NCBI GenBank assembly: GCA_045545055.1 | Contig: JAZQAB010000092.1 | Coordinates: 1 to 57,199 of the forward strand | Direction: 5' to 3' | Source of the DNA: Clostridia bacterium | Lineage (GTDB): Bacteria > Bacillota > Clostridia > UMGS1883 | DNA length: 57,199 nt | Part shown: piece by piece, positions 29,771 to 39,277 of the stretch | Layout of the letters: each line of letters starts with the position of its first letter | Numbering within the stretch: the stretch's first letter is position 1 | Translations under genes and position numbers: made by a program | The notes under the pieces: model-generated | What the model saw: the letters and a program-made list of their open reading frames with translations, nothing else | Told to the model about the DNA's origin: nothing | Databases searched by the model: none

Positions 29771-29980
29771 TCAATTCCAAGATAGAGAAAGCTCTCTTTT
29801 TTTAGCAACACAATCCGATAAATAAAGATTAATCAACGTTTGATAGGGGATACCGGAGGTATCGGCTTGTTGTTTGAAGTAGGATATAATCTCAGAATCA
29901 ATATTTATGGTTATTTGTTTTTTTAGCTTTTTTGCATAGGGATTTTTAATTGCTTTTGAAAAATCATATTCAGCTTTCAT
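29771..29980 (-). CDS. brnA: BrnA/CopG-type antitoxin
   Basis: EYDFSKA.KNPY.KKLKKQITINID...YFK..A...GIPYQTLINLYL. Downstream of brnT. Confidence 0.88.
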   Translation of the reverse strand: MKAEYDFSKAIKNPYAKKLKKQITINIDSEIISYFKQQADTSGIPYQTLINLYLSDCVAKKRELSLSWN

Positions 29981-29991
29981 ACATTAACACC

Positions 29992-30276
<285 letters not shown>

Positions 30277-30282
30277 ATTTAT

Positions 30283-30311
30283 ATTATAATTATAAAATAA
30301 TTATTTGTCAA
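30283..30311 (-). promoter_or_regulatory. Consensus SigA promoter giving a probably leaderless brnT mRNA
   Basis: TTGACA-17-TATAAT, then 6 nt, then ATG. No RBS. Confidence 0.8.
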
Positions 30312-30349
30312 TAGCAAAAGCGAAAAAATGGAGCCAAATGGTGAAAGAA

Positions 30350-30474
30350 AACAGATTGGGACGGGGCAGTTTTTGTTACATTTTTGGTAGACAAGAGGAC
30401 GGTTCTGTTGTCTGTCTGCCTAAAAAATTATTATTTTAACCTAAAAAGCACGGCTACTGCCGTGCTTTTGTGCT
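30350..30474. repeat. Cassette-boundary repeat R2 (direct copy of R1)
   Basis: AACAGATTGGGACGGGGCAGTTTTTGTTACATTTTTGGTAGACAAGAGGACGGTTCTGTTGTCTGTCT...AAAAGCACGGC..GCCGTGCTTTTGTGCT. Confidence 0.9.
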
Positions 30475-30481
30475 ATCTGAA

Positions 30482-30757
30482 TTAAAACAAATCGCTGTGG
30501 CTTCCTGTTCTGTACAAGGTTAGTATCAAAACACTTTCAGTGATTTTATATACTAAAAGCCAATCGGGCTCTATGTGACACTCTCTATAGCCGGAATAAT
30601 TTCCTTTTAAAGCATGATCATTATAAATTTCGGGCAAGGTTTCGCCACTCGCTAAAAGCGTTATTACCTTATGCAATTTTTCAATATTGCAGTTTCTTTT
30701 TAACGCAAGCTTAAAATCTTTTTTAAATTGAGTAGTTCTTTGAATTTGATACTTCAT
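30482..30757 (-). CDS. yafQ: YafQ-family mRNA interferase toxin
   Basis: FKKDFK, DHALKG, RECHIEPDWLLVY, RTGSHSDLF. Confidence 0.93.
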   Translation of the reverse strand: MKYQIQRTTQFKKDFKLALKRNCNIEKLHKVITLLASGETLPEIYNDHALKGNYSGYRECHIEPDWLLVYKITESVLILTLYRTGSHSDLF

Positions 30758-30761
30758 ACTT

Positions 30762-31034
30762 TTAGCTCATTAAATCTGCAAATAAATCGTCAACGCTTGA
30801 AAAACGCTTCGCAGACGGGTCGTTTAACAGATTGTCTCCTTCTTCAAAGGCTAATTTTGTAGCTGAATTTGGAGTGTCTAAACTAAGTTCAAACGGCATT
30901 CCGTTATGAAGAAGTGATTGCCGGAAGAAAACATTAACAGCCGTTGTTAAATCCATTCCTAATGCAGCATAAAGATTTTTTACTTTATCCTTGATTTCTT
31001 TGTCGGTTCTAATGGTGATACTGGTATTTTGCAT
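30762..31034 (-). CDS. dinJ: RelB/DinJ-family antitoxin
   Basis: ITIRTDKEIK...LGMDLTTAVNVFFRQS...GMPFEL..PN..T. Confidence 0.92.
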   Translation of the reverse strand: MQNTSITIRTDKEIKDKVKNLYAALGMDLTTAVNVFFRQSLLHNGMPFELSLDTPNSATKLAFEEGDNLLNDPSAKRFSSVDDLFADLMS

Positions 31035-31081
31035 AAACTTTACCTCCTTTATTAGCCTTAATAGTCTTAGATTATATACAT

Positions 31082-31110
31082 ATTATATGCAATTTTTTGC
31101 CTGTTGTCAA
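31082..31110 (-). promoter_or_regulatory. Consensus SigA promoter of dinJ-yafQ module 1
   Basis: TTGACA-17-TATAAT. Confidence 0.8.
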
Positions 31111-31137
31111 TACAATAGACAAAAAACACGTAAGAAG

Positions 31138-31167
31138 AGTTTGGGGACGTGTCACTTTCTGTTCTAT
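31138..31167. repeat. Cassette-boundary repeat R3
   Basis: AGTTTGGGGACGTGTCACTTTCTGTTCTAT, identical to the copies at 31820 and 31861. Ends 4 nt from the yafQ stop. Confidence 0.9.
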
Positions 31168-31171
31168 ACAA

Positions 31172-31444
31172 TTAAAATAAATCGCTATGCGTTCCGGTAC
31201 GGGTTAAGGTCAGAGTGAGCATATCATTTTCCAATTTATAAATCAGAAGCCAATCAGGCTCAATGTGGCATTCCCTATGACCGGAAAAATCGCCTTTCAG
31301 TGCATGGTCTTTATACTTTTCCGGTAATGGTTCTTCACGGCGTAAGATGCTGAGTACTTCTTCAAACAAGGAGATGTTATACCCACGCTTAATAATTACT
31401 TTAAAATCCTTTTTAAACTTTGCAGAATATCTGACTTTAAGCAT
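31172..31444 (-). CDS. yafQ: YafQ-family toxin (second, divergent copy)
   Basis: FKKDFK, YKDHALKG, RECHIEPDWLLIY, RTGTHSDLF. Confidence 0.93.
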   Translation of the reverse strand: MLKVRYSAKFKKDFKVIIKRGYNISLFEEVLSILRREEPLPEKYKDHALKGDFSGHRECHIEPDWLLIYKLENDMLTLTLTRTGTHSDLF

Positions 31445-31703
31445 GTAAATCCCTCATAAGTTCGTCAATATCATCGTACACCTTGCTCATATTACGATTA
31501 TTGTTCACATCGTCGATTGCTTTCATAGTTTCAGCATTGGGAATATCCACAGCAAGCTCAAAAGGAATTTTGCCTAAACGCACCGCTTGTCTGCAAAAAA
31601 CACCCATAGCGGTTGACATATTTAGCCCCAAGGCATTAAATAAATTTTCAGCCTGTGCCTTTAACTCTTTATCCATGCGAATTGTTACATTAGTTGTTGC
31701 CAT
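31437..31703 (-). CDS. dinJ: RelB/DinJ-family antitoxin (second, divergent copy)
   Basis: VTIRMDKELK.QAE.LF..LGLNMSTA...RQAV...IPFEL...PNAET. Confidence 0.92.
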   Translation of the reverse strand: MATTNVTIRMDKELKAQAENLFNALGLNMSTAMGVFCRQAVRLGKIPFELAVDIPNAETMKAIDDVNNNRNMSKVYDDIDELMRDLHA

Positions 31704-31736
31704 AATAACAAGCTCCTTTCATTATTCAGTGTATTC

Positions 31737-31765
31737 ATTATAGCATATTTTATGTGCAATGTCAA
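31737..31765 (-). promoter_or_regulatory. Consensus SigA promoter of dinJ-yafQ module 2
   Basis: TTGACA-17-TATAAT with TGn extension. Confidence 0.8.
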
Positions 31766-31795
31766 TAAAATGCCGTGCAATATAAACTAAATAAA

Positions 31796-31898
31796 ACAGT
31801 TTGCGAACAGTTTGGGGACAGTTTGGGGACGTGTCACTTTCTGTTCTATGGTAATAGAACAGTTTGGGGACGTGTCACTTTCTGTTCTATGGTAATAG
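31796..31898. repeat. Tandem R3-type repeats (41-bp period) plus partial ACAGTTTG(GGG) units
   Basis: ACAGTTTGGGGACGTGTCACTTTCTGTTCTATGGTAATAG at 31818 and 31859. Confidence 0.9.
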
Positions 31899-31947
31899 GG
31901 AGATACCTTTTTTGTCAGTTTTTTTCAGCAAATGCACGCCGATATTC

Positions 31948-32887
31948 TAAAAAAGCAAAATTCGGCATGTTTATACATTGGAGGCTTTACGCATTGCCGG
32001 CAGGGGAATGGCAGGGAAAACGCCAGGAATTGGGACCTGAAGGCTGTGGCGAATGGCTGCAATATCATTTTAAAATTTCCTGCAAGGAGTATGAAAAACT
32101 CGCCGAGGCATTTAATCCCATATACTTTGATGCAGAGGAATGGGTCAAGCTTGCAAAAAAAGCCGGAATGGAATATATCGTAATAACCTCAAAGCATCAT
32201 GATGGTTTTGCTATGTATGACTCAAAAGTGGACGATTTTAATATTGTGAAAAGCACTCCTTTCAAAAGAGACGTTGTAAAGAAACTTGCAGATGCGTGCA
32301 AAAAATATGGAATTGAATTCGGCATCTACTATTCACATGAACTGGACTGGCATGAGGAGCACGGCGGTGGATATGCCCTGATAGAAAACGACCCACGTGA
32401 CAAGTGTAATTCATGGGATTTTCCGCGTGAGGGCAAGGATTTTGCCGTTTGCTTTGAAAAGAAAATTAAACCGCAGGTAAAAGAACTTTTGACTCGTTAC
32501 GGAGACCTTGCACTTATCTGGTTTGACTATGCCTATGTTATTACACCGGAGCAGAGTCAGGAACTGTATGATATGGTGCGTAAATATCAGCCGGGCTGCC
32601 TTATAAATTCAAGGGTGGGTAACGGAAAATGTGACTACCGCTCCACGGGAGACAACCAAATTCCCGACGAGGGAGTGGGGAACGAGCTTGTAGAAGCACC
32701 CACAACATTGAATACAACATGGGGATATAAAACCTTTGACAACGAGTGGAAGGATGCACAGAAGGTAAAGGAAATCAAAAAGCATCTTAACGACCGAGGA
32801 ATAAACTATCTTCTGAATATAGGTCCCGACTACCTCGGCAGAATTCCCGTTATGGCACAGGAAATCCTTCTAAAGGTCGGAGAGTGA
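31948..32887 (+). pseudogene. GH29 alpha-L-fucosidase, apparently 5'-truncated
   Basis: AKFGMFIHW(R)LY, GEW, TSKHHDGF, IWFD, INSRVG, TWGY, LLNIGP. No credible start or RBS upstream, and the annotated N-terminus is translated repeat DNA. Confidence 0.7.
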
Positions 32888-33010
32888 ACTATTGTGCACC
32901 AATTGCGTCCTGTTGTTGGGTTTACTGCGAAGCGTGAAAAATGTTAAAATATAATACAGATAAGAAGTAGAAAATATTGTTTTCTGCACACTAAAAGGAG
33001 GAAAATCTTT

Positions 33011-34438
33011 ATGAAAAATTGGAAAAAGGCATTAACGCTTCTTCTTGCACTTGTCCTTTGCGTGGGCTGTTTCGCAGGCTGCGGCGGTAAGGATGATGCA
33101 AAGAAAAAGTCCGCAGCAGACAAAGACGACGTTACAATAGACGTTTGGTCCACAGAAGCAGGTGCACAGGCAGTTTGGGAAGAATTGGTAGACGAGTGGA
33201 ACGCTACCGAAGGTGATGAAAAGAACATCTTCATTAACTGGGTTACAACCACAGACAGTCAGAAAATCGACGTTGCAGAGCAGAACGGTCAGCTTCCCCA
33301 TATCTTTAACTGCTCAAGCAATCAGCTAAAGCAGTTTATTGCAAGAAAGAGCATCATTTCCATTAACGAGCTTCCCGGTGGTGAAGAATTCCTTAAGGAA
33401 TACGGTCAGGAAGGTCAGGAAGGCGGAAACCTTGTAGACGGCAAGCAGTACAGCGTATATATGAATATGCGTACCAGCGGTCTTGCATATAACAAGGATT
33501 TGTTCAAACAGGCAGGTATTGTTGATGAAAAGGGTGAGGCAAAGGCTCCCAAGACTCTTTCAGAAGTAGTTGAATATGCAAAGAAGATTAACGCTCTCGG
33601 CGAGGGTATCTACGGCTTTGCATTCCCATTGAAATTTGGTATCACTTATACTGTTACACATCCTCTTTCAAGCTATTATGACGGAAAAACTGCCAAGACC
33701 TCAAAGGATTATCTTGACCTTGACAAGGGTACATATGATTTGAGCAACTACTATGAGCAGTTTGACTGGCTTCTTCAGATGCAGAAGGACGGATCTGTTT
33801 TCCCCGGTGCCGAAACTCTCGACAACGATACTGCAAGAGCGTACTTTGCAGCAGGCAGTGTAGGAATGATTCCTGCAATCAGCTGGGACGTATCCGTTTA
33901 CAACAACCAGTTCAAAGCAGACTGTGATTGGGACATCTGTGCTTATCCCGCACCCGACGGACGTGAGGTTTACAAGCAGTGGTGTCAGCGTGGCGGCGGT
34001 ATGATTATCGGCAGAGGTGCTGCTGAGAAGAACCCCGAAGAAACTATGGAAGCATACAAGTTTATCTATTCTCTTAACACAAGAAAGACTATGTTTGAAC
34101 GCGGAATCAACCTTTCTGCAAAGAATGACGTTTTGGAAGTATACGACAAGGATGTTGTAGATCCCAGATTCGTAAAATTTGCAGAGTTTGTTGATGAATC
34201 CGTACGTTTCGCAACAAATGAAAGCTTTGCTGTTGAAGGCGATAATTTCCAGACACTTTTCCAGAAGGTATGGATGGGTGATATGAGCTTGGATGCGGCA
34301 ATAAAGGATTACTCAGCTCGTTATGAGCGTGATTTCAAAAAGGCCGTGGAAAAAGGTGAATACGACGTGGAACGTCAGAAACGTGTAAAACGTTACCTTC
34401 AGGGCGAAGACGGACTTGATATTTCAAAAACAAAATAA
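33011..34438 (+). CDS. Extracellular solute-binding lipoprotein (family 1, sugar type) with no adjacent permease
   Basis: AAAGGAGG RBS, lipobox FAGC, LAYNKDLFKQAGI, FAAG..GM. Confidence 0.88.
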   Translation: MKNWKKALTLLLALVLCVGCFAGCGGKDDAKKKSAADKDDVTIDVWSTEAGAQAVWEELVDEWNATEGDEKNIFINWVTTTDSQKIDVAEQNGQLPHIFNCSSNQLKQFIARKSIISINELPGGEEFLKEYGQEGQEGGNLVDGKQYSVYMNMRTSGLAYNKDLFKQAGIVDEKGEAKAPKTLSEVVEYAKKINALGEGIYGFAFPLKFGITYTVTHPLSSYYDGKTAKTSKDYLDLDKGTYDLSNYYEQFDWLLQMQKDGSVFPGAETLDNDTARAYFAAGSVGMIPAISWDVSVYNNQFKADCDWDICAYPAPDGREVYKQWCQRGGGMIIGRGAAEKNPEETMEAYKFIYSLNTRKTMFERGINLSAKNDVLEVYDKDVVDPRFVKFAEFVDESVRFATNESFAVEGDNFQTLFQKVWMGDMSLDAAIKDYSARYERDFKKAVEKGEYDVERQKRVKRYLQGEDGLDISKTK

Positions 34439-34540
34439 TGTGGGGTTTGATTCCTTGAAAACCTCACAGCGTTGCAAAGCTAAAAAAGTTGCCTCTGGCA
34501 ACTTTTTTAGCTTTTTGCCCTCTCAGGGTTCGACTCCCTA
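34439..34540. repeat. Multi-hairpin element ending in an inverted copy of the tmRNA T-arm
   Basis: TGTGGGGTTT..AAACCTCACA, GCAAAGCTAAAAAAGTTGCC-tct-GGCAACTTTTTTAGCTTT, then AGGGTTCGACTCCC. Confidence 0.6.
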
Positions 34541-34551
34541 TGATTTAATGC

Positions 34552-34597
34552 AAAAAATGAAAGGAACATACCTTGCGGTACATTCCTTTCATTTTTT
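34552..34597 (-). terminator. Terminator downstream of ssrA
   Basis: AAAAAATGAAAGGAA...TTCCTTTCATTTTTT. Confidence 0.7.
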
Positions 34598-34944
34598 GGT
34601 GGAACCGAGGGGAGTCGAACCCCTGTCCGAAAACATATTCACACAGGCATCTCCGAGCACAGTCACTTATTAATCATTCCCTCCGCCGCAAGGCAAGTGA
34701 CAGCCCAAGCGGTTTTGGTAGCTTCATTCGTCATGCATGGTGCAAAGCTTAACCATGTCACGTTCACCACTGTGCGACGCTCTTATCCCGACCGTGGTCC
34801 TTCAGGTAAGAACGGCTGCACTAATTAGGCAGCGTAAGCTAAATTATTGTTAGCGTTTAAATTTAAAAATTGGGATTTTAACGCAGTTCCCACTGCGGCT
34901 CGCTTCCCATGCTTCAACATCCCCGTCGAAACCGGTACGGCCCC
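34597..34944 (-). ncRNA. ssrA: tmRNA, tag peptide (A)ANNNLAYAA
   Basis: 5' GGGGCCGTACCGGTTTCGAC, 3' GGGGTTCGACTCCCCTCGGTTCCACCA, tag ORF at 34854-34825. Downstream of smpB. Confidence 0.97.
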
Positions 34945-35012
34945 GTATTGATGCCGTCCATGGACGGGAGATATTAGTATACAATATATAATATTAAGTT
35001 GTCAACTGAAAA

Positions 35013-35483
35013 TTATTGGTTTTGCATTTTAAGGGTTCTTTCAATCATTCTGCCTGCATCTCTCTTTGCGGCATCATCACGCTTGTCATAAAGCTTTTTA
35101 CCTCTTGCCACAGCGATTGTGACCTTTACCCTCTGCCCTTTAAGGTACATATCAAGAGGGATAAGTGTCAGTCCCTTTTGCTTTACAGTGCCTAAAAGCT
35201 TCATAATCTCTCTTTTGTGCATTAAAAGTTTCTTTGGTCTTAAAGGGTCTTTATTAAAAATATTTCCTTTTTCATATGGAGAAATATGCATTCCGAGGAT
35301 AAACATTTCTCCGTTACTGTCTATTTCGCAATAGCTTTCTTTCAGATTTACTTTTCCCATACGGACGGATTTAACCTCTGTTCCGAAAAGCTCAATGCCT
35401 GCCTCGTACTTTTCTTCTATGAAGAACTCGTGATGTGCGCTTCTGTTTTGAGCCAGAAGCCTTCTTTGTTCTTTTTCTGCCAC
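35013..35483 (-). CDS. smpB: SsrA-binding protein SmpB
   Basis: [40 protein letters not shown] at 35483 after GAAGGAGG. Confidence 0.97.
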   Translation of the reverse strand: MAEKEQRRLLAQNRSAHHEFFIEEKYEAGIELFGTEVKSVRMGKVNLKESYCEIDSNGEMFILGMHISPYEKGNIFNKDPLRPKKLLMHKREIMKLLGTVKQKGLTLIPLDMYLKGQRVKVTIAVARGKKLYDKRDDAAKRDAGRMIERTLKMQNQ

Positions 35484-37566
35484 CTTGTTTGCCTCCTTCA
35501 AGAAGTTTAAAATCTATCCTGCGGCTTATCTTGTTTGCCGCCGTAAGCTTAACCTTTACGCTGTCACCAATTGTAAAGGTGTGTCCACTCCTCTCGCCGT
35601 AAAGCGAAAGCGTTTTTTCATCGAAAACATAGTAATCATCATTTAGTGTTTCTGCTCTTACCAAACCTTCAACAGTGTTAGGGAGCATAACAAAAAATCC
35701 AAATCCCGTCACGGAAGAAATCACTCCGTCAAAATCCTCACCCACAAAAGGCTGCATATATTCCGCTTTCTTAATATCAAGAGTATCTCTTTCGCACATT
35801 GCGGCAGCGTTTTCACGCTCACTACACTGTATTGCCGCTTCGTCAACAAAACTGCGGAGCTTCTTTTTCATGTTTGTATCATTTTCGATAGCCGCTTTTA
35901 ATGCCCTGTGACAAACAAGGTCGGGATATCTGCGGATGGGGGAGGTGAAATGACAGTAATCATCAAGTCCCAACCCAAAGTGGCCATCGTTTTTGCTGCT
36001 GTATTTAGCCTTTGCCATGCTTCTCAGGAGCATTGTGGAAATTGTGGATTCATACGCAGTTCCGCTTACATCTTCCATTATTTTGTTCAAATTGTGGGAT
36101 TTTCCATAACCCATATTATATATGAAATTCAGCGTATTTGCAAGCTTTTCCCGGTTGGGTTCGTCATGAACTCTGTAAATAGAAGAAATTTTCTTATTTT
36201 CCCACAAATATTTTGCCACGGCACTGTTTGCCGCAACCATAAATTCTTCTATAATTTTGTTTGCAAATGTGTTTTCTCGTAAGACGATATCTATGGTTTT
36301 TCCGTCCTTATCAAACACTGCCTTTGCTTCGGGTATATTAAAATCAATGCTTCCTCGCTCGGCAGTTTTTTTCGCAAGAAGCAAGTAAAGCTCATACATA
36401 TCGGAAAGCATGGGGAGAAGATGAGAATACTCACTGCATAAATCCTCAGGCTTTTCTTCAATTAAAAGCCGCACATTCTCATAGGTCATACGATTGGTGC
36501 TTTTAATATACGATTTATAAAATGATGAGGATAAGGCGTTGCCTTCCATATCGTAATCAATAAATGCCGACATCGTGAGCCTTACAACTCCCTCGTTAAG
36601 AGAGCAAACATCATTTGAAAGCTTTACGGGGAGCATGGGAAGAACCCTGTCCGCAAGATAAACGCTGGTTCCCCTTTTGAAAGCCTCCTTGTCAAGAAGT
36701 GAATCGGGCTTTACATAATTGCTGACATCTGCAATATGAACTCCAAGCCTGTATCCATTGTCAGTTCTTTCCACCGAAACGGCATCGTCAATGTCCTTTG
36801 TGTCAGCACCGTCAATTGTGATAATGGTTTTGTTGGTTAAATCCAGTCTGTCTTCAAAATCGCTGTCGCAGATTACGGCAACCTTTTGTGCTTCGTCAAG
36901 GACTTCCTTGGGAAACTCGGTGCTGAAATCATAGCTTTTTATTACAGAAAGCACATCTACACCGAAGTCATAAGGGAAGCCTAATACCTCTGTAATTTTA
37001 CAGGAAAGGGAGGTTGTTGGTGAATCGTACTCGGTTATTTCACAAACTACCTTCTGTCCGTTTAATGCTCCGTTCACATCTCTTTGCATAACGAATATTT
37101 CGTCGGGGAGTTTGTCATTGTCGGGAGTCACAATTCCATAGCCGCGTTCCTGTGTGAATATGCCCACTACTTTTTTATTGGTACGCTCAAGTATTTTTAA
37201 TATACTACCCTCACGCTTTTTTTCGCCGTGGGATTTTCTTTGGATTTTCACAAGAACCCTGTCACCGTTAAGAGCACCCATAACATTCTCGTCGGAAATA
37301 TGAATGTCTCCATCATCATTGATTACAAAACCAAAACCCTTACCCGTAGCACGAAATACGCCTTCAATAATCCCCATGGATTTTGAACTGAAGAGCCTTT
37401 TCTTTCTGCCCGAAATTATACTGCCCTCGTTTTCAAGCTCATTGATGATTCTTTCAAATTTATCCATTTCTTTTTGCGGTACGCATAAAAGCAAAGCAAT
37501 ATTTTCTTTTGTCATCGGTACATATTCATCGCTGTTTATAAATGCAAGTATTTTTTCTTTTTGCAA
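35392..37566 (-). CDS. rnr: Ribonuclease R
   Basis: [48 protein letters not shown]1 domain. Likely TTG at 37566; 3' end overlaps smpB. Confidence 0.96.
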   Translation of the reverse strand: MQKEKILAFINSDEYVPMTKENIALLLCVPQKEMDKFERIINELENEGSIISGRKKRLFSSKSMGIIEGVFRATGKGFGFVINDDGDIHISDENVMGALNGDRVLVKIQRKSHGEKKREGSILKILERTNKKVVGIFTQERGYGIVTPDNDKLPDEIFVMQRDVNGALNGQKVVCEITEYDSPTTSLSCKITEVLGFPYDFGVDVLSVIKSYDFSTEFPKEVLDEAQKVAVICDSDFEDRLDLTNKTIITIDGADTKDIDDAVSVERTDNGYRLGVHIADVSNYVKPDSLLDKEAFKRGTSVYLADRVLPMLPVKLSNDVCSLNEGVVRLTMSAFIDYDMEGNALSSSFYKSYIKSTNRMTYENVRLLIEEKPEDLCSEYSHLLPMLSDMYELYLLLAKKTAERGSIDFNIPEAKAVFDKDGKTIDIVLRENTFANKIIEEFMVAANSAVAKYLWENKKISSIYRVHDEPNREKLANTLNFIYNMGYGKSHNLNKIMEDVSGTAYESTISTMLLRSMAKAKYSSKNDGHFGLGLDDYCHFTSPIRRYPDLVCHRALKAAIENDTNMKKKLRSFVDEAAIQCSERENAAAMCERDTLDIKKAEYMQPFVGEDFDGVISSVTGFGFFVMLPNTVEGLVRAETLNDDYYVFDEKTLSLYGERSGHTFTIGDSVKVKLTAANKISRRIDFKLLEGGKQGGRKRTKKASGSKQKRTSRVLHRRKVRGRH

Positions 37567-37654
37567 AGGGATACCGCCTTTCAAAGTTTTACGAGGAATT
37601 TCTTCCACGGCAAAAAATAAAGGTGCTTTCCTTGAAAGCACCTTACAGGTTTTG

Positions 37655-37891
37655 TTATTTTACAATACCAAGAGAGAGCACAACCGAGAGAATAATGAAA
37701 AGAACCGCAAATATTGCTGTAAGCTTTTCGAGTAATGCTTCCCGTGTGTTTGACTTATTCTTGGAAAAGAATGTATCGCCGCTGCCGCCTGTTATAGCGC
37801 TTGCGCCTTGATCTTTACCTTTCTGGAACAAAACAATAACTGTAAGCAAAAGTGCTACTACAATATAAGTGATAGTCAACGCCATCTGCAT
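37655..37891 (-). CDS. secG: Preprotein translocase subunit SecG
   Basis: Two TM helices, VLFQKGK..G.SAITGG, LEKLT. secG-rnr-smpB synteny. Confidence 0.95.
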   Translation of the reverse strand: MQMALTITYIVVALLLTVIVLFQKGKDQGASAITGGSGDTFFSKNKSNTREALLEKLTAIFAVLFIILSVVLSLGIVK

Positions 37892-38086
37892 TTTACACAC
37901 CTCCGTTAGATTTCGCTTGTCATACTCTATTACTTTAGCATAAAACACAGATAATTGCAATACTTTTTTTAAAATTATTTCCTTATTTGCAAATATTTAA
38001 TCATTATTTGTGATTTTTGCTGTCCAATCTGTATTGATTCTGAGTGCAAATTGTGGTAGAATAGATTTAACAAGGTTAAATCTATT

Positions 38087-38152
38087 CAGCTAAATTGCCT
38101 ACGGCAGCTAAATGTGCTTCGCACGCTTTAAAAGCAAATTTAATTTAGCTAT
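38087..38152. repeat. GCTAAAT-hairpin element, left copy
   Basis: CAGCTAAATTGCCTACGGCAGCTAAATGTGCTTCGCACGC...TTTAATTTAGCTAT. Abuts the pnuC-like stop codon. Confidence 0.85.
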
Positions 38153-38841
38153 CAAATGAATTTGCTCTGTCTGATTCGCATTTTTTGCCAACTGATATAC
38201 CCGTAAATATCATTTATAAAAAATGAAACAAAGCATACGACAACGGAAATATAACGAATATCACATAAACTTGCAAGTAACCACAAAACAATCAGGATGA
38301 TGTCGTTGGCGGCGTAGGCGACAGCGAAGTATGGACTTCGTCTGAAAGTAAGATATACTGCCAGAAAGCTTGTTGTAACGGAAAGAGTGCTTGGAAGTAT
38401 GTTAGCGGTGTTGAAATGCTCTAATATGAAATAGAAGATAAGAGTAATTAAAGCAGTAATCACCCACATAAATATAGCTTCTTTTCTGTTAATACTGTTC
38501 ACCTTGACTTCTGCTTTGTTCCCGTTAAACGGATTTCTAAGCCAGGATATAAGGGCGAAAATTGCCATAGGCATCGTCATGCCAAGATAGGTTATCATCT
38601 CTCCGTAATAGGAAAAAGTATATGATATTATTCCATAGAGCAGACTGAAGATAACCATTAATAATTGCCCGAAGGGATTTCCTTTTGCGTTGAAAATAAG
38701 GGAAGTAACGCCAATAAGTGATGCGCATAATGTCAGATAGTTTTCTTTGTCAAAAAGGCAAAAGGAAGCAATTATAAGAATTACAGAAGTTGACCATATA
38801 AAAATATCGTTTTTTGAAAAATAGGTTTTTATTTTATGCAT
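38152..38841 (-). CDS. PnuC-like (nicotinamide mononucleotide transporter family) membrane protein
   Basis: Multi-TM. SLIGVTSLIFNAKGNPFGQ, LYGIISY...YYGE, DIYGYISW. Confidence 0.82.
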   Translation of the reverse strand: MHKIKTYFSKNDIFIWSTSVILIIASFCLFDKENYLTLCASLIGVTSLIFNAKGNPFGQLLMVIFSLLYGIISYTFSYYGEMITYLGMTMPMAIFALISWLRNPFNGNKAEVKVNSINRKEAIFMWVITALITLIFYFILEHFNTANILPSTLSVTTSFLAVYLTFRRSPYFAVAYAANDIILIVLWLLASLCDIRYISVVVCFVSFFINDIYGYISWQKMRIRQSKFI

Positions 38842-38853
38842 AGTTTTTCCTCC

Positions 38854-38952
38854 AAAAAAAAATAAACATTCAAATGCATATCTTCAAAGACCTAACGATA
38901 TACAGACGAATGCTAAGCATTAACTACCCGGTGGCAGCTTTCATATTCAATT
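38854..38952 (-). ncRNA. Guanidine-IV riboswitch (mepA / GGAM-1 motif)
   Basis: P1 AGCTGCC-ACCG-GGTAGTT (CCACCGGG signature). Terminator AGCATTC..TGTATATC-[GTTAGGTCTTTGAA]-GATATGCA..GAATGTT + U-tract. Loop ACC/GGT complementarity. PnuC-like genes are known clients of this class. Confidence 0.82.
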
Positions 38953-38958
38953 TATTGC

Positions 38959-38987
38959 ATTATAGCATATAACATTGCGAAAGTCAA
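38959..38987 (-). promoter_or_regulatory. SigA promoter of the riboswitch-pnuC unit
   Basis: TTGACT-17-TATAAT with TGn extension. Confidence 0.75.
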
Positions 38988-39031
38988 TGAAAAATATTGC
39001 GTTTAGCTTTTTTCAGACTTAACACGAACTA

Positions 39032-39203
39032 TTGCGGTGCATAGCACCGCAGCTAAATTCGCTAATGCGAGCTAAATTGAGTAAACTCAGCTAAATTGCC
39101 TTGCGGCAGCTAAATGTGTTTTGCACGCTAAATGCGAATTTAATTTAGCTATGGAGCGAAGCGGAATAATTTAGCTTTGCAACTTGTTGCAAAATTTAGC
39201 TAA
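39032..39203. repeat. GCTAAAT-hairpin element, full right copy
   Basis: Five GCTAAAT units separated by mini-hairpins, facing three inverted ATTTAGC units. 39088-39152 directly repeats 38087-38152. Confidence 0.88.
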
Positions 39204-39277
39204 AACAAGTTGCATATAAACCTTATGTGTCGCAATCATGTTCTAAACATTAATAAATATCTGTAAGGAGAAAATCC

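Noticed and set aside
31818-31898. Mini CRISPR array
   Set aside because: The 41-bp unit is duplicated in full, with no unique spacer.
35392-35483. rnr/smpB overlap as a novel feature
   Set aside because: A basic C-terminal tail of RNase R running into smpB is an ordinary arrangement.
38854-38952. NAD+-II (pnuC motif), TPP or FMN riboswitch
   Set aside because: Their conserved words are absent, and the CCACCGGG loop plus TAGGTCT terminator loop fits guanidine-IV.
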